48,578 nt of DNA from Acidobacteria bacterium AH-259-O06 (GTDB lineage Bacteria; Acidobacteriota; UBA6911; RPQK01; JADFOI01): NCBI GenBank assembly GCA_027717865.1, contig JALLOM010000001.1, positions 1-48,578 of the forward strand, read 5' to 3'. The notes under the pieces are model-generated. The model had not been told where the DNA came from, ran no database searches, and saw only the letters and a program-made list of their open reading frames with translations. The position numbers and the translations under genes are program-made. This document shows positions 8,939 to 17,821 of the stretch, piece after piece; position 1 is the first letter of the stretch, and each line of letters opens with the position of its first letter.

Positions 8939-9018
8939 GGTCAGGTAGGGGCCGTGTCTTTAAAATTTAAATTTTGAGGTCAAAATTCAAATTTTAAAGA
9001 CACGGCCCCTACCTGACC
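8939..9018. repeat. 80-bp near-perfect palindrome with GGTCAGGTAGGGG termini
   Basis: 39-nt arms GGTCAGGTAGGGGCCGTGTCTTTAAAATTTAAATTTTGA with a 2-nt centre and one mismatch. Lies between the divergent starts of the 7551-8918 ORF and the TPR gene. Confidence 0.92.
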
Positions 9019-9102
9019 TCGGGCCTCAACTTGACTCCTCTACATCCCATCTTATAATACTTCGTCTTCTGGCTGATCCTAATACAATCACGGGAGGACT
9101 TT

Positions 9103-9762
9103 ATGCCGGCCAAAAGAAGCAAGAAGCAAAAGAGCAAACAGACTAAGAAGAAACCAGCTAAGAAGAAACCGAGTAGCAAAAAACAAGTAAGGAAGAGACC
9201 AACCGGGAAAACACGAGCTGGGAAAAAACAAGTTGGGAAAAAACGAGCTCAAAAACGGGGCAGATCTGAGAAGAAAAGATCTGCCGAGGAGGTTTACCGG
9301 CTTTACAAAGAGGCACTGGCCCTTTTACACCAGAAGAAATATAAGAAAGCCCGCAAACAACTCACTCAGGTGGTGAAAAAGTTTTCTCATGAAATCGAGG
9401 TGGTCGCCCGAGCCAAATCCTTTCTCAGAGTCTGCGACAGAAACCTTCAAGCGAAAGAAGAACCTCCACGGACAGCTGAAGAGATTTTCCATCAAGGCGT
9501 CCTTTACCATAATGCTGGGCAATACGAAAAAGCGCTGCATTGTTATTCTCGTGCTTTGAAGCTTTCGAAAAAGAAGAACGACCACATTTACTACGCCTTG
9601 TCGGCAACTGAGCTTTCCACTGGCAATATCGATAATGCGCTCAAATATCTCAAGAAGGCCATTGAAATCAAAGAGGAGAATCGGTTCTTTGCTCACAACG
9701 ACCCAGATTTCGAGCTCCTCGCTACAAACCAGAAATTCCGGGAACTGATCCATCCAGAGTAA
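9103..9762 (+). CDS. TPR-repeat protein with a histone-H1-like Lys-rich N-terminal domain
   Basis: 219-aa ORF with an SD (GGGAGGA) upstream. The first ~60 aa are about 50% K/R (KKQKSKQTKKKPAKKKPSSKK...). The C-terminal part has TPR-like helices (YHNAGQYEKALHCYSRALKL; GNIDNALKYLKKAIEI). Confidence 0.7.
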   Translation: MPAKRSKKQKSKQTKKKPAKKKPSSKKQVRKRPTGKTRAGKKQVGKKRAQKRGRSEKKRSAEEVYRLYKEALALLHQKKYKKARKQLTQVVKKFSHEIEVVARAKSFLRVCDRNLQAKEEPPRTAEEIFHQGVLYHNAGQYEKALHCYSRALKLSKKKNDHIYYALSATELSTGNIDNALKYLKKAIEIKEENRFFAHNDPDFELLATNQKFRELIHPE

Positions 9763-9861
9763 GCGAGAACAGAATGCATCCTGGGGGGAAGATGAAGAGC
9801 AATGCCTCAGTCTGCGGGGAGATGGGTGATGGCTGGGAGGCCGTTTGTATAGGAGGCAAGG

Positions 9862-11313
9862 ATGGTGGCTAACAAGAATCAGTCGCTGCATCGAAACAAA
9901 CGATATGCCCTCATTCTAGCTGCGGGTCAAAGTATCCGGTTCAAGTCTCTCAAGCCCAAAGTACTGCACCCCCTTTGCGGCAAATCTCTAATCTGCCACG
10001 TCTTGGACAAGCTCAAAGGTTTGAACATCGAGCGAACCTTCGTGGTTATCGGTCCTGATGGTGATGAGGTGAAAAGTGCACTTGGGGGATACCCTGTGAA
10101 TTTTGTTTCCCAAAGCGAGCAATTGGGGACAGGTCACGCGGTAATGGCGGCCGCTCCTCAACTGAGAGATCTCAGGGGAAGCCTTCTCGTGCTCTATGCG
10201 GACACGCCGCTCATTCGAACACAGACGCTGCGGCGACTTCTGAAAACTCGAGAAAAGCATAAGGCCGATCAGGTCTTGTTAACCACTGATTATGAGAATC
10301 CCTCTGGGTACGGCAGAATCATTCGCAATGAAAAGGGCGAGGCGATGGACATCGTTGAAGAAAAGGATGCCAGCGCTGAACAAAAAGCCATTCGCGAAGT
10401 CAACGCCGGCCTTAACTGCTTTAGGATTCCCTCGCTGCTGGAGGCTCTATCACAATTGTCCCCAGCAAACGCTGCCCAAGAGTACTACCTAACAGACATA
10501 CTTCGCATCCTGCGAAACGGCGGAAAGAAAGTCGTAACCATCTCGACTGACCTCCCCAATGAAGCACGGGGAGTTAACAACCGAGAGGAACTCTCACTGG
10601 TTGAGATCAATTTGAGGGCTCAGATTGCTCGAAGATGGATGCTTGAAGGAGTAACCATTCTGAATCCTTCCTCCGTTTACATCGACGAATCTGTCGAACT
10701 CTCTCCAGATGCGATCATTTATCCCGGTGTTCTTCTGGAAGGAAAAACCAAAGTCGGCGCCGGCTGCGTGATCCACAGCTTCTGCCACCTGAAAGACACC
10801 GTTCTCGACCAAGAAGTCATGGTTGACCAGTGCTCTGTGATACGCAACAGCAGCATTGGAAAAAACACCCGGGTAGGCCCTTTTGCTCATTTGCGAGATA
10901 ACACCGTTATCGGGCCTGAAGCCCGCATCGGAAGCTTCGTGGAGGTCAAGAAGTCGCGAATTGGAAAAAGGACCACAGCTGCCCACCTGAGCTACCTGGG
11001 AGACGCTGAAATTGGAAGTCAAGTCAATGTGGGCGCCGGCACGATCACCTGCAACTATGACGGCATCCGGAAGCATAAAACCGTAATCGAGGACCAGGTT
11101 TTTATTGGCAGCGACAGCCAGTTGGTCGCTCCGGTCACGCTCCACCAGGGCTCCTATGTGGCGGCCGGTTCCTCAATTACGGAAGATGTACCTGAGTACG
11201 CCCTAGGAATCGCCCGTGCCAGACAGATCAACAAGGAAGGATGGACGAGACGAAGGGCTGGAGAACAAAAGAAAAAAGAAAAAAGAAAAAAGAAAGAACA
11301 GCAAAAGAGCTGA
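9862..11313 (+). CDS. glmU: Bifunctional UDP-N-acetylglucosamine pyrophosphorylase / glucosamine-1-phosphate N-acetyltransferase
   Basis: 483-aa ORF. N-terminal nucleotidyltransferase motif LILAAGQSIRFKS, GTGHAV, and C-terminal left-handed beta-helix hexapeptide repeats. Extra Lys-rich tail QKKKEKRKKKEQQKS. Confidence 0.9.
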   Translation: MVANKNQSLHRNKRYALILAAGQSIRFKSLKPKVLHPLCGKSLICHVLDKLKGLNIERTFVVIGPDGDEVKSALGGYPVNFVSQSEQLGTGHAVMAAAPQLRDLRGSLLVLYADTPLIRTQTLRRLLKTREKHKADQVLLTTDYENPSGYGRIIRNEKGEAMDIVEEKDASAEQKAIREVNAGLNCFRIPSLLEALSQLSPANAAQEYYLTDILRILRNGGKKVVTISTDLPNEARGVNNREELSLVEINLRAQIARRWMLEGVTILNPSSVYIDESVELSPDAIIYPGVLLEGKTKVGAGCVIHSFCHLKDTVLDQEVMVDQCSVIRNSSIGKNTRVGPFAHLRDNTVIGPEARIGSFVEVKKSRIGKRTTAAHLSYLGDAEIGSQVNVGAGTITCNYDGIRKHKTVIEDQVFIGSDSQLVAPVTLHQGSYVAAGSSITEDVPEYALGIARARQINKEGWTRRRAGEQKKKEKRKKKEQQKS

Positions 11314-11564
11314 CCACAGACCAGGAGACAGAAGACAGGAGTCAGGAGACAGAAGTCAGGAGTCAGGAGTCAGAATCCAGAATTCAGAATAACTAACTTG
11401 AATTTCATGAGCTGTCCCAACCGTTCCCAGCGTCGAATGGGATGATGAGGAAAAAACTTAACTTAACTTCATGTTTTGACCAAACAATCTTCTCCTGTGC
11501 GTTCATATTCTGATCCTGTCTCCTGACTCCTGACTCCTGTCTTCTGTCTCCTGGTCTGTGGTCA
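11311..11564. repeat. Inverted heptamer arms (38 bp perfect, about 60-80 bp imperfect) enclosing a ~115-nt core; the termini include both convergent stop codons
   Basis: Left arm TGACCACAGACCAGGAGACAGAAGACAGGAGTCAGGAG... at 11311-11390. The reverse complement of 11507-11564 begins with the identical 38 nt. TGA of glmU (11311-11313) and TGA of carB (11564-11562) are the first 3 nt of each arm. Confidence 0.92.
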
Positions 11565-14500
11565 GTGCTGTGCGGCTGGTTGCCTCTCAAGCGCATGGTA
11601 TTCCTGCAAACTTTTGACGCTGATCTCTTCTCGCTGCAGCGCGCGGATTGCATTGACAGCGGCAGCAGCGGCTGAAAGGGTGGTTATACAGGGTGTACCG
11701 TACTGCGTACAAGCCCTACGAATGGCTTTTTCATCAAAAAAGGACTCCCGTCCTAAAGGAGTATTGACCACCAAATCGATTCTTTTGCTTTTAATGAGAT
11801 CAACGACATTTGGACGACCTTCGTTGACCTTGTAAACCGTTTCTGTTTCAAGGTCTGATTCACGCAACACTTTGGCCGTTCCGCGGGTAGCCACAATCTG
11901 AAAGCCAAGTTCCTGGAAATCTCTGGTGATATTGGAAATGAAACGTTTGTCCCTCTGGTTCACACTGATAAAAACGACGCCTCCTTGCGGGAGATGCACG
12001 CCGGCGCTGATCTGAGCTTTGGCATAAGCGTACCCGAAGCTTTCTGAAGCGCCCATCACCTCGCCGGTCGACTTCATTTCGGGCCCCAGGATGGTGTCGA
12101 CTCCTGGGAACTTATTGAAAGGAAAGACAGGAGTTTTGATAAAACAATAGCGAACTTGCAGATCCTGGGTAAGACTCAGCTCTTGGAGCTTTTGACCAAT
12201 CATCAGCTGGGCGGCCACCTTCGCCAAGGGCACCCCAGTGGCTTTGCTTACAAATGGAACAGTTCGACTGGCCCGTGGATTAACCTCCAAAACGTACACT
12301 TTATCGCCAACCACGGCAAACTGGACGTTCATCAGCCCGACTACACCCAGTGTCTGCCCCAGTTTGCGCGTATATTCTCGCATGGTTTCCAGGTGTTCTT
12401 CCTGGATCACAATGGGAGGCAAGACTGAAGTACTATCGCCGGAGTGGATACCTGCCTCTTCAATGTGCTCCATGATGCCGCCAATCACGACCCTGCTTCC
12501 ATCAGCCAGTGCATCAACATCGTATTCGCGGGCATCCTCGAGAAACTTGTCGATCAGAACAGGATGTTCCGGAGACACGTCCACGGCGGAACTGACGTAC
12601 TTGTCGAGTGACTTTTCATCAAAAATGATGGCCATCGCCCGGCCCCCCAACACATAGGATGGTCTCACCAAAACGGGATAACCGATTTTTTGGCCGATTT
12701 CCCTGGCTTCCTCCACCGACATGGCGGTGCCGTTGTCAGGCTGGGGGATGTTGAGGTCACGCAGCAGCTGCCCGAATCTCTTGCGATCCTCCGCCAGGTC
12801 AATCGACTCGGGAGAAGTTCCAATGATGGGCACGCCGGCGTCAAAAAGCTTTAAGGCCAGCTTGAGAGGAGTTTGTCCACCAAACTGGACGATAACCCCA
12901 TCCGGTTTTTCTTTCTCTACAATGGCCATCACATCCTCAAAACTCAGTGGCTCAAAGTAGAGTCGATCCGAGGTGTCATAGTCTGTGGACACCGTCTCCG
13001 GATTGCAGTTGACCATAATGGTCTCAAATCCCGCCTCTTTCAAAGCGAAGGCGGCGTGGCAACAGCAATAGTCAAACTCAATTCCCTGGCCGATGCGATT
13101 AGGCCCGCTTCCCAGAATAATGATCTTCCGGCGCTCGGAAGGTTCTGTCTCATCCTCTCGTTCATAAGTGGAGTAAAGGTAAGGCGTATAGGACTCAAAT
13201 TCTGCTGCACAGGTGTCAACACATTTAAAGACCGGCAGGATGCCGTGCCCTTTCCGATAATTCCACAAATCCAACTCAGTCAGTGAGGGACCGAGAATCT
13301 GGGCTAGGCGAAGGTCCGAAAAACCCTCTCGCTTTGCCTGGCGTACCAACTCGGGGTCGATGGTCTCCAGATCCTCTTTGCCCAAGCTCTGGCCAAACCT
13401 GATGATCTGGAAAATCTGGTTGAGGAACCAGCGATCGATCTTCGTCAACTCGTGAATCTCATCGAGACTGTAACCCTCCAAAAAGGCCAAGCGAATGTAA
13501 GCTAATCGCTGAGGTGTGGGCTGAATTAGATTTTCCCGAATCCGCTCTTTCGAAACTTTTTCACTGGCCAAAGTCTTTCCCGTTTCCTGAGAGCGCAAAC
13601 TTTTGAGCAGGGCTTCACGGAAAGTTCGGCCGATGGCCATCACTTCCCCTACCGATTTCATCTGAGTACCCAGAATGGTGCTGGCTTCCGGAAATTTCTC
13701 GAAATTCCACTTGGGCATTTTCACCACCACGTAATCCAGAGTAGGCTCGAAACAGGCAGGGGTCTTCAGAGTGATGTCGTTAGGAATCTCGTCCAATGTA
13801 TAACCGACGGCCAATTTGGCAGCGATCTTGGCAATAGGAAAACCAGTGGCTTTTGAGGCAAGTGCCGAGCTTCTGCTCACTCGCGGATTCATCTCGATAA
13901 CGACCATCCTTCCCGTTTCTGGATGAACGGCGAACTGAATGTTCGCTCCACCCGTCTCCACGCCCACTTTGCGGATGATGGCAATGGCGGCATCACGCAT
14001 AAGCTGGTACTCTTTGTCAGACAGAGTTTGGGCGGGGGCGACGGTAATGGAATCGCCCGTGTGCACTCCCATGGCGTCAAAATTCTCAATGGAGCAGATG
14101 ATCACGACATTGTCATTCAGGTCGCGCATGACTTCGAGCTCAAATTCCTTCCAGCCGATGATCGATTCCTCGACCAGGATTTCGTGAATGGGAGAGAGCT
14201 GAAGTCCGCGGCTGGCAATTTCTTCAAACTCTTCGCTGTTGAAAGCGATTCCACCTCCAGTTCCCCCAAGAGTGTAGGAGGGACGAATCACGGCAGGAAG
14301 TCCAATCTTGTCGACAATTCCGGCAGCCTCTTTAAGGCTGTTGGCAAATCCAGATCGAGGTACTTCCAGGCTGACCTCTTCAATAGCAGTCCTGAAAAGG
14401 CGACGATCCTCGGCCACCCTGATTGCATTCAATTTAGCGCCGATCATTTCGACGCCAAATTGATCCAGAATCCCCTCTTCACACAGTTCGACCGAAACAT

Positions 14501-14789
14501 TCAGTCCAGTCTGGCCACCCACAGTGGGTAGCAAAGCATCCGGACGCTCGCGCTTGATAATTTCCCCCACATACTCGCTGGTGAGAGGCTCAATGTAGGT
14601 CCGTGTGGCAAACTCCGGATCTGTCATGATGGTGGCCGGATTGGAGTTGACCAGCACTACCTGAAAACCGTCGCTCAGGAGAGCTTTGCAGGCTTGAGTT
14701 CCTGAGTAATCAAACTCGCAGGCTTGGCCGATGATAATCGGGCCCGATCCCACGATGAGGATTTTGCTGATATCGGTTCTTTTAGGCAT
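11562..14789 (-). CDS. carB: Carbamoyl-phosphate synthase large subunit
   Basis: 1075-aa ORF with a duplicated ATP-grasp architecture. N-terminus [30 protein letters not shown] is characteristic of CarB. Confidence 0.97.
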   Translation of the reverse strand: MPKRTDISKILIVGSGPIIIGQACEFDYSGTQACKALLSDGFQVVLVNSNPATIMTDPEFATRTYIEPLTSEYVGEIIKRERPDALLPTVGGQTGLNVSVELCEEGILDQFGVEMIGAKLNAIRVAEDRRLFRTAIEEVSLEVPRSGFANSLKEAAGIVDKIGLPAVIRPSYTLGGTGGGIAFNSEEFEEIASRGLQLSPIHEILVEESIIGWKEFELEVMRDLNDNVVIICSIENFDAMGVHTGDSITVAPAQTLSDKEYQLMRDAAIAIIRKVGVETGGANIQFAVHPETGRMVVIEMNPRVSRSSALASKATGFPIAKIAAKLAVGYTLDEIPNDITLKTPACFEPTLDYVVVKMPKWNFEKFPEASTILGTQMKSVGEVMAIGRTFREALLKSLRSQETGKTLASEKVSKERIRENLIQPTPQRLAYIRLAFLEGYSLDEIHELTKIDRWFLNQIFQIIRFGQSLGKEDLETIDPELVRQAKREGFSDLRLAQILGPSLTELDLWNYRKGHGILPVFKCVDTCAAEFESYTPYLYSTYEREDETEPSERRKIIILGSGPNRIGQGIEFDYCCCHAAFALKEAGFETIMVNCNPETVSTDYDTSDRLYFEPLSFEDVMAIVEKEKPDGVIVQFGGQTPLKLALKLFDAGVPIIGTSPESIDLAEDRKRFGQLLRDLNIPQPDNGTAMSVEEAREIGQKIGYPVLVRPSYVLGGRAMAIIFDEKSLDKYVSSAVDVSPEHPVLIDKFLEDAREYDVDALADGSRVVIGGIMEHIEEAGIHSGDSTSVLPPIVIQEEHLETMREYTRKLGQTLGVVGLMNVQFAVVGDKVYVLEVNPRASRTVPFVSKATGVPLAKVAAQLMIGQKLQELSLTQDLQVRYCFIKTPVFPFNKFPGVDTILGPEMKSTGEVMGASESFGYAYAKAQISAGVHLPQGGVVFISVNQRDKRFISNITRDFQELGFQIVATRGTAKVLRESDLETETVYKVNEGRPNVVDLIKSKRIDLVVNTPLGRESFFDEKAIRRACTQYGTPCITTLSAAAAAVNAIRALQREEISVKSLQEYHALERQPAAQH

Positions 14790-14796
14790 CGATTTT

Positions 14797-14918
14797 TAAG
14801 CTATTAAGCTTTTGAGCTAGAGTAGGGGCGAGCCGGTGGCTCGCCCGAACAGTTCTCGCTAGATGATTAGTTCGGGCGAGCCACCGGCTCGCCCCTATCC
14901 TGGCTCCTGACTCCTGAC
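14797..14918. repeat. Second, truncated copy of the GTAG-REPIN module with the same flanks
   Basis: TAAGCTA/TTGAGCTA units are followed by GTAGGGGCGAGCCGGTGGCTCGCCCGAACAGTTCTCGCTAGATGATTAG (from 14822). Next come a shortened inverted arm TTCGGGCGAGCCACCGGCTCGCCCCTAT (to 14898) and then TCCTGGC/TCCTGAC heptamers. Confidence 0.9.
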
Positions 14919-14923
14919 CCCCA

Positions 14924-16021
14924 TCACGCATCAGCGCCTTCTTTCATTAGGCGAATGAAATCGTCAAACAAATAGAACGAATCGTGTGGTCCCGGAGAGG
15001 CTTCGGGATGGTACTGAACCGAAAAAACGGGAAGATAGCGATGCCGAAACCCTTCAAGCGTCTGGTCGTTCAGGTTCATGTGAGTGATTTGAATCTCCGT
15101 GTTCTTGAGTGAGTCAGGATCAACTGCAAAACCGTGGTTGTGGGTGGTAATCTCCACTTTACTATTGATCAGGTTTTTCACCGGTTGGTTACCTCCCCGG
15201 TGTCCAAATTTCAGTTTGTAGGTTTTCCCTCCCAAGGCCAACGCCAGCAATTGGTGTCCCAAACAGATTCCGAAGATCGGTTTTTTGCCTATCAATTTTC
15301 TGAAATTCTCCACGATGTACTGCAGCGGTTCGGGGTCCCCGGGGCCGTTGGAAAGGAAAATGCCATCCGGATCCAATGCCAGTACGTCCTCAGCACTGGT
15401 CACGGCCGGAACAACAGTGAGATCACACCCTCGGCCAGCCAAGCAGCGCAATATATTCGTCTTAATGCCAAAATCATAGGCAACGACACGGAACCGAGGA
15501 TTTTCGGCAGGCCAAGTGTAGGTCTCAGTCACAGTGACGGAGCGTACATAGTCGCTTCCTTCCATAGGAGGATGCTCGTGTACTTTCCGTCCTAACGACT
15601 GCAGATCGAAATCATCCCTGGAGATAATACCGCGCATGGCTCCCCCCTCACGAATGTGGCGAACCAGGGCACGCGTATCGATCTCGGCAATACCCGGAAT
15701 GGAATTTTCTCTGAGGTAGTCATCCAAGGTTTTCTCCCCTCTCCAGTTGCTAAAAATCGGGCTGCACTGGCGCACGACAAAGCCTTCCACAAAGGGCTTT
15801 CGCGACTCGTCGTCCTCTGAATTGATCCCATAGTTCCCAATCTCCGGCTGAGTCATCACCACAACTTGGCCGGCATAGGAAGGGTCGGTCAAAACCTCCT
15901 GGTAGCCTGTCATGGAAGTGTTGAAGACCACTTCCCCCAGGCACTCCCCTTCCACCCCAAACCCAAGGCCTTCAAACAACGTTCCATCTTCCAGATAAAG
16001 AAGTGCTTTTTGCGTTTTCAT
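14924..16021 (-). CDS. carA: Carbamoyl-phosphate synthase small (glutamine amidotransferase) subunit
   Basis: 365-aa ORF with the GATase active-site region GICLGHQLL and the QYHPEA motif. Adjacent to carB. Confidence 0.95.
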   Translation of the reverse strand: MKTQKALLYLEDGTLFEGLGFGVEGECLGEVVFNTSMTGYQEVLTDPSYAGQVVVMTQPEIGNYGINSEDDESRKPFVEGFVVRQCSPIFSNWRGEKTLDDYLRENSIPGIAEIDTRALVRHIREGGAMRGIISRDDFDLQSLGRKVHEHPPMEGSDYVRSVTVTETYTWPAENPRFRVVAYDFGIKTNILRCLAGRGCDLTVVPAVTSAEDVLALDPDGIFLSNGPGDPEPLQYIVENFRKLIGKKPIFGICLGHQLLALALGGKTYKLKFGHRGGNQPVKNLINSKVEITTHNHGFAVDPDSLKNTEIQITHMNLNDQTLEGFRHRYLPVFSVQYHPEASPGPHDSFYLFDDFIRLMKEGADA

Positions 16022-16026
16022 ATGAC

Positions 16027-16214
16027 TAGAATCTAGAATCCAGAATCCAGAATCCAGAAGTCAGAATTCAGAAGCCAGAATGCTGACCACCTGACCGCCT
16101 GACCTAATGTTGTCTCTTGCTCGTTGGTCAGCCGGTCAGCCTTTCGCTTGTCCGCAGACTTATGAGTTTTCCATCTCGCCTTCTGAATTCTGGATTCTGG
16201 ATTCTGGATTCTGT
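16027..16214. repeat. Nested inverted arrays: outer (CCAGAAT)8 / (ATTCTGG)4-5, inner (CTGACC)3 / (GGTCAG)2
   Basis: Left CTAGAAT/CCAGAAT/TCAGAAT units at 16027-16082, then GCTGACCACCTGACCGCCTGACC. Complementary TTGGTCAGCCGGTCAGCC is at about 16125-16142. The right arm CTTCTGAATTCTGGATTCTGGATTCTGGATTCTG is at about 16181-16214. Confidence 0.9.
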
Positions 16215-16219
16215 TCCCC

Positions 16220-16813
16220 TCAGTGAATCAATCCTAGCTTTGACAAAGGCCAGTAACGAAAGATGGCTTCACCGAAGATGTTCTCTTTTGGAACACAGCC
16301 CCAGTTTCGACTATCGTTACTGGAGCTTCGGTGGTCTCCCAGCACAAAGAAATAATTGGGAGGCACAACCTCGGGGGGATAAGATTCATAGTCGAAATAT
16401 TCCGGTGGAATGTAAGTCTCCGCTAACCTTTCCCCATTGATATAAACAACTCCCGACCGGATCTCAACCGTTTCACCCGGAAGACCAATCACTCGCTTGA
16501 TGAAGGACTTTGTCAGGTCCCTCGGAGGCCAGAAAACAACAATGTCTCCTCGTTCGATGTTTGAAAAATGATAGACGAATTTGTTTACAAAGATTCGGTC
16601 CTGTGCTCGGAGTTTAGGCTCCATGCTGGTGCCTTCCACTTTCACCGGCTGCACAATGAAAATCACTATCAAAACCGCGGTCAGCGCCGCAAAAAAGATG
16701 TCTCTCACCCAACCTTGAAGCTCTCGAAAGAGAGACAAAGGATCCTCTGTAGTCCCTTTTTTTTCGCTGGACTCAACTGTCCGACCAGGAAATAAATCCC
16801 GCTGCACCGACAT
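16220..16813 (-). CDS. lepB: Signal peptidase I
   Basis: 197-aa ORF with an N-terminal TM helix, the catalytic Ser box GTSMEP, the KRVIGLPGE box and the GDHRSSSNDSR box. Confidence 0.9.
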   Translation of the reverse strand: MSVQRDLFPGRTVESSEKKGTTEDPLSLFRELQGWVRDIFFAALTAVLIVIFIVQPVKVEGTSMEPKLRAQDRIFVNKFVYHFSNIERGDIVVFWPPRDLTKSFIKRVIGLPGETVEIRSGVVYINGERLAETYIPPEYFDYESYPPEVVPPNYFFVLGDHRSSSNDSRNWGCVPKENIFGEAIFRYWPLSKLGLIH

Positions 16814-16840
16814 CGTGCGCTACTCCTGTCCTCTCTAAAT

Positions 16841-16994
16841 CGGAGTTAACTCCGAAACGGATAACAGTCTTTCCTGCTTTCGTGCTGTCGTGCTTTCGTG
16901 CTGTCGGTCGCCTGAGGAGGACGCCACGACAGCACGAAGGCACGAAGGCACGAAAACACGAAAGCACGAAGTCTGTCACGCATTTCGGAGTTAC
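16841..16994. repeat. CACGAAG-family inverted heptamer arms, plus the CGGAGTTAACTCCG palindrome
   Basis: Left arm CTGCTTTCGTGCTGTCGTGCTTTCGTGCTGTCG (about 16875-16907). Right arm CGACAGCACGAAGGCACGAAGGCACGAAAACACGAAAGCACGAAG (about 16927-16971). A 14-bp perfect palindrome is at 16841-16854, and TCGGAGTTA recurs at about 16985. Confidence 0.9.
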
Positions 16995-17216
16995 GTGTGC
17001 AACCAAGCATTGTAGATAACATATTTGGAAAACCGAAAACAACCGTTTTGTCCGCTTTTATCCGCTGTTCGTACTACCTTCGTCTTGTTACACTCCCGGG
17101 GTTTATGACTCTTGCAGCCCGAAAAAAGTTGCAATAGGCAGAAAAAGTTTGATTCATCTTTTGCAGAAATTTCCCTTGTGGACGGTCGGACTGTTGAGCC
17201 AGAATCAGTGAGGACT

Positions 17217-17240
17217 GATTACTGAAACCATTCAGTAATC
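17217..17240 (+). promoter_or_regulatory. Perfect 10-bp stem / 4-nt loop hairpin in the pdaD leader
   Basis: GATTACTGAA-ACCA-TTCAGTAATC ends 4 nt before the GGAGGAG Shine-Dalgarno and 17 nt before the TTG start. Confidence 0.5.
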
Positions 17241-17257
17241 ATGCGGAGGAGTGAGCA

Positions 17258-17815
17258 TTGGCACTGTTCATTGCAAAGGAAGTCTTTTTGACGAAGGGTG
17301 TAGGCAAGCACCAGGAAAAGCTAACCAGTTTCGAGATGGCTTTGCAAAATGCCGGTATCGCTGCTTTTAACATCGTTCGGGTTTCCAGTATCTTTCCGCC
17401 TCACTGCAAGTTAATCTCGAAAAAACAAGGATTGAAAAAGCTCAAACCGGGTCAAATCGTCTTTTGTGTCATGAGCGACGCGGCCACCGACGAGCCAAAC
17501 CGTCTCATTGCGGCAGCTGTCGGTATCGCCATGCCCAAGGATGCCAACCAGTATGGCTACCTCAGTGAACATCATAGTTACGGACAAACAGAAAGGGTTG
17601 CTGGAGATTACTCTGAAGATATCGCCGCCGAGATGCTGGCGATAACCTTGGGAGTCGATTTTGACCCTTCTCAAAGTTGGGACGAGAAAAGAGAGCTCTG
17701 GCGAATCTCAGGTCAAATTGTCAGAACCAGAAACATCACCCAATCGGCGATAGGTGACAAAGACAGATTGTGGTCCACGGTTGTAGCCTCAGCCGTCTTT
17801 GTCCCCGGAGAATAG
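17258..17815 (+). CDS. pdaD: Pyruvoyl-dependent arginine decarboxylase
   Basis: 185-aa ORF with a TTG start 6 nt after GGAGGAG. Self-cleavage site region NIVRVSSIFPP matches the PdaD family signature (N.IR.SSI.PP). Confidence 0.85.
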   Translation: MALFIAKEVFLTKGVGKHQEKLTSFEMALQNAGIAAFNIVRVSSIFPPHCKLISKKQGLKKLKPGQIVFCVMSDAATDEPNRLIAAAVGIAMPKDANQYGYLSEHHSYGQTERVAGDYSEDIAAEMLAITLGVDFDPSQSWDEKRELWRISGQIVRTRNITQSAIGDKDRLWSTVVASAVFVPGE

Positions 17816-17821
17816 CCACCC

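Noticed and set aside
13923-14531. Long antisense or alternative-frame ORFs inside strong genes, for example 13923-14531 in carB, 19914-20426 in rpsB, 46049-46621 in fabG, 46977-47636 in fabD, 1248-1829 in fadN, 9325-9891 opposite the TPR gene and 25958-26419 in pilQ.
   Set aside because: These are shadow ORFs. The opposing frames encode proteins with unmistakable family motifs, and the shadows have no recognisable domains.
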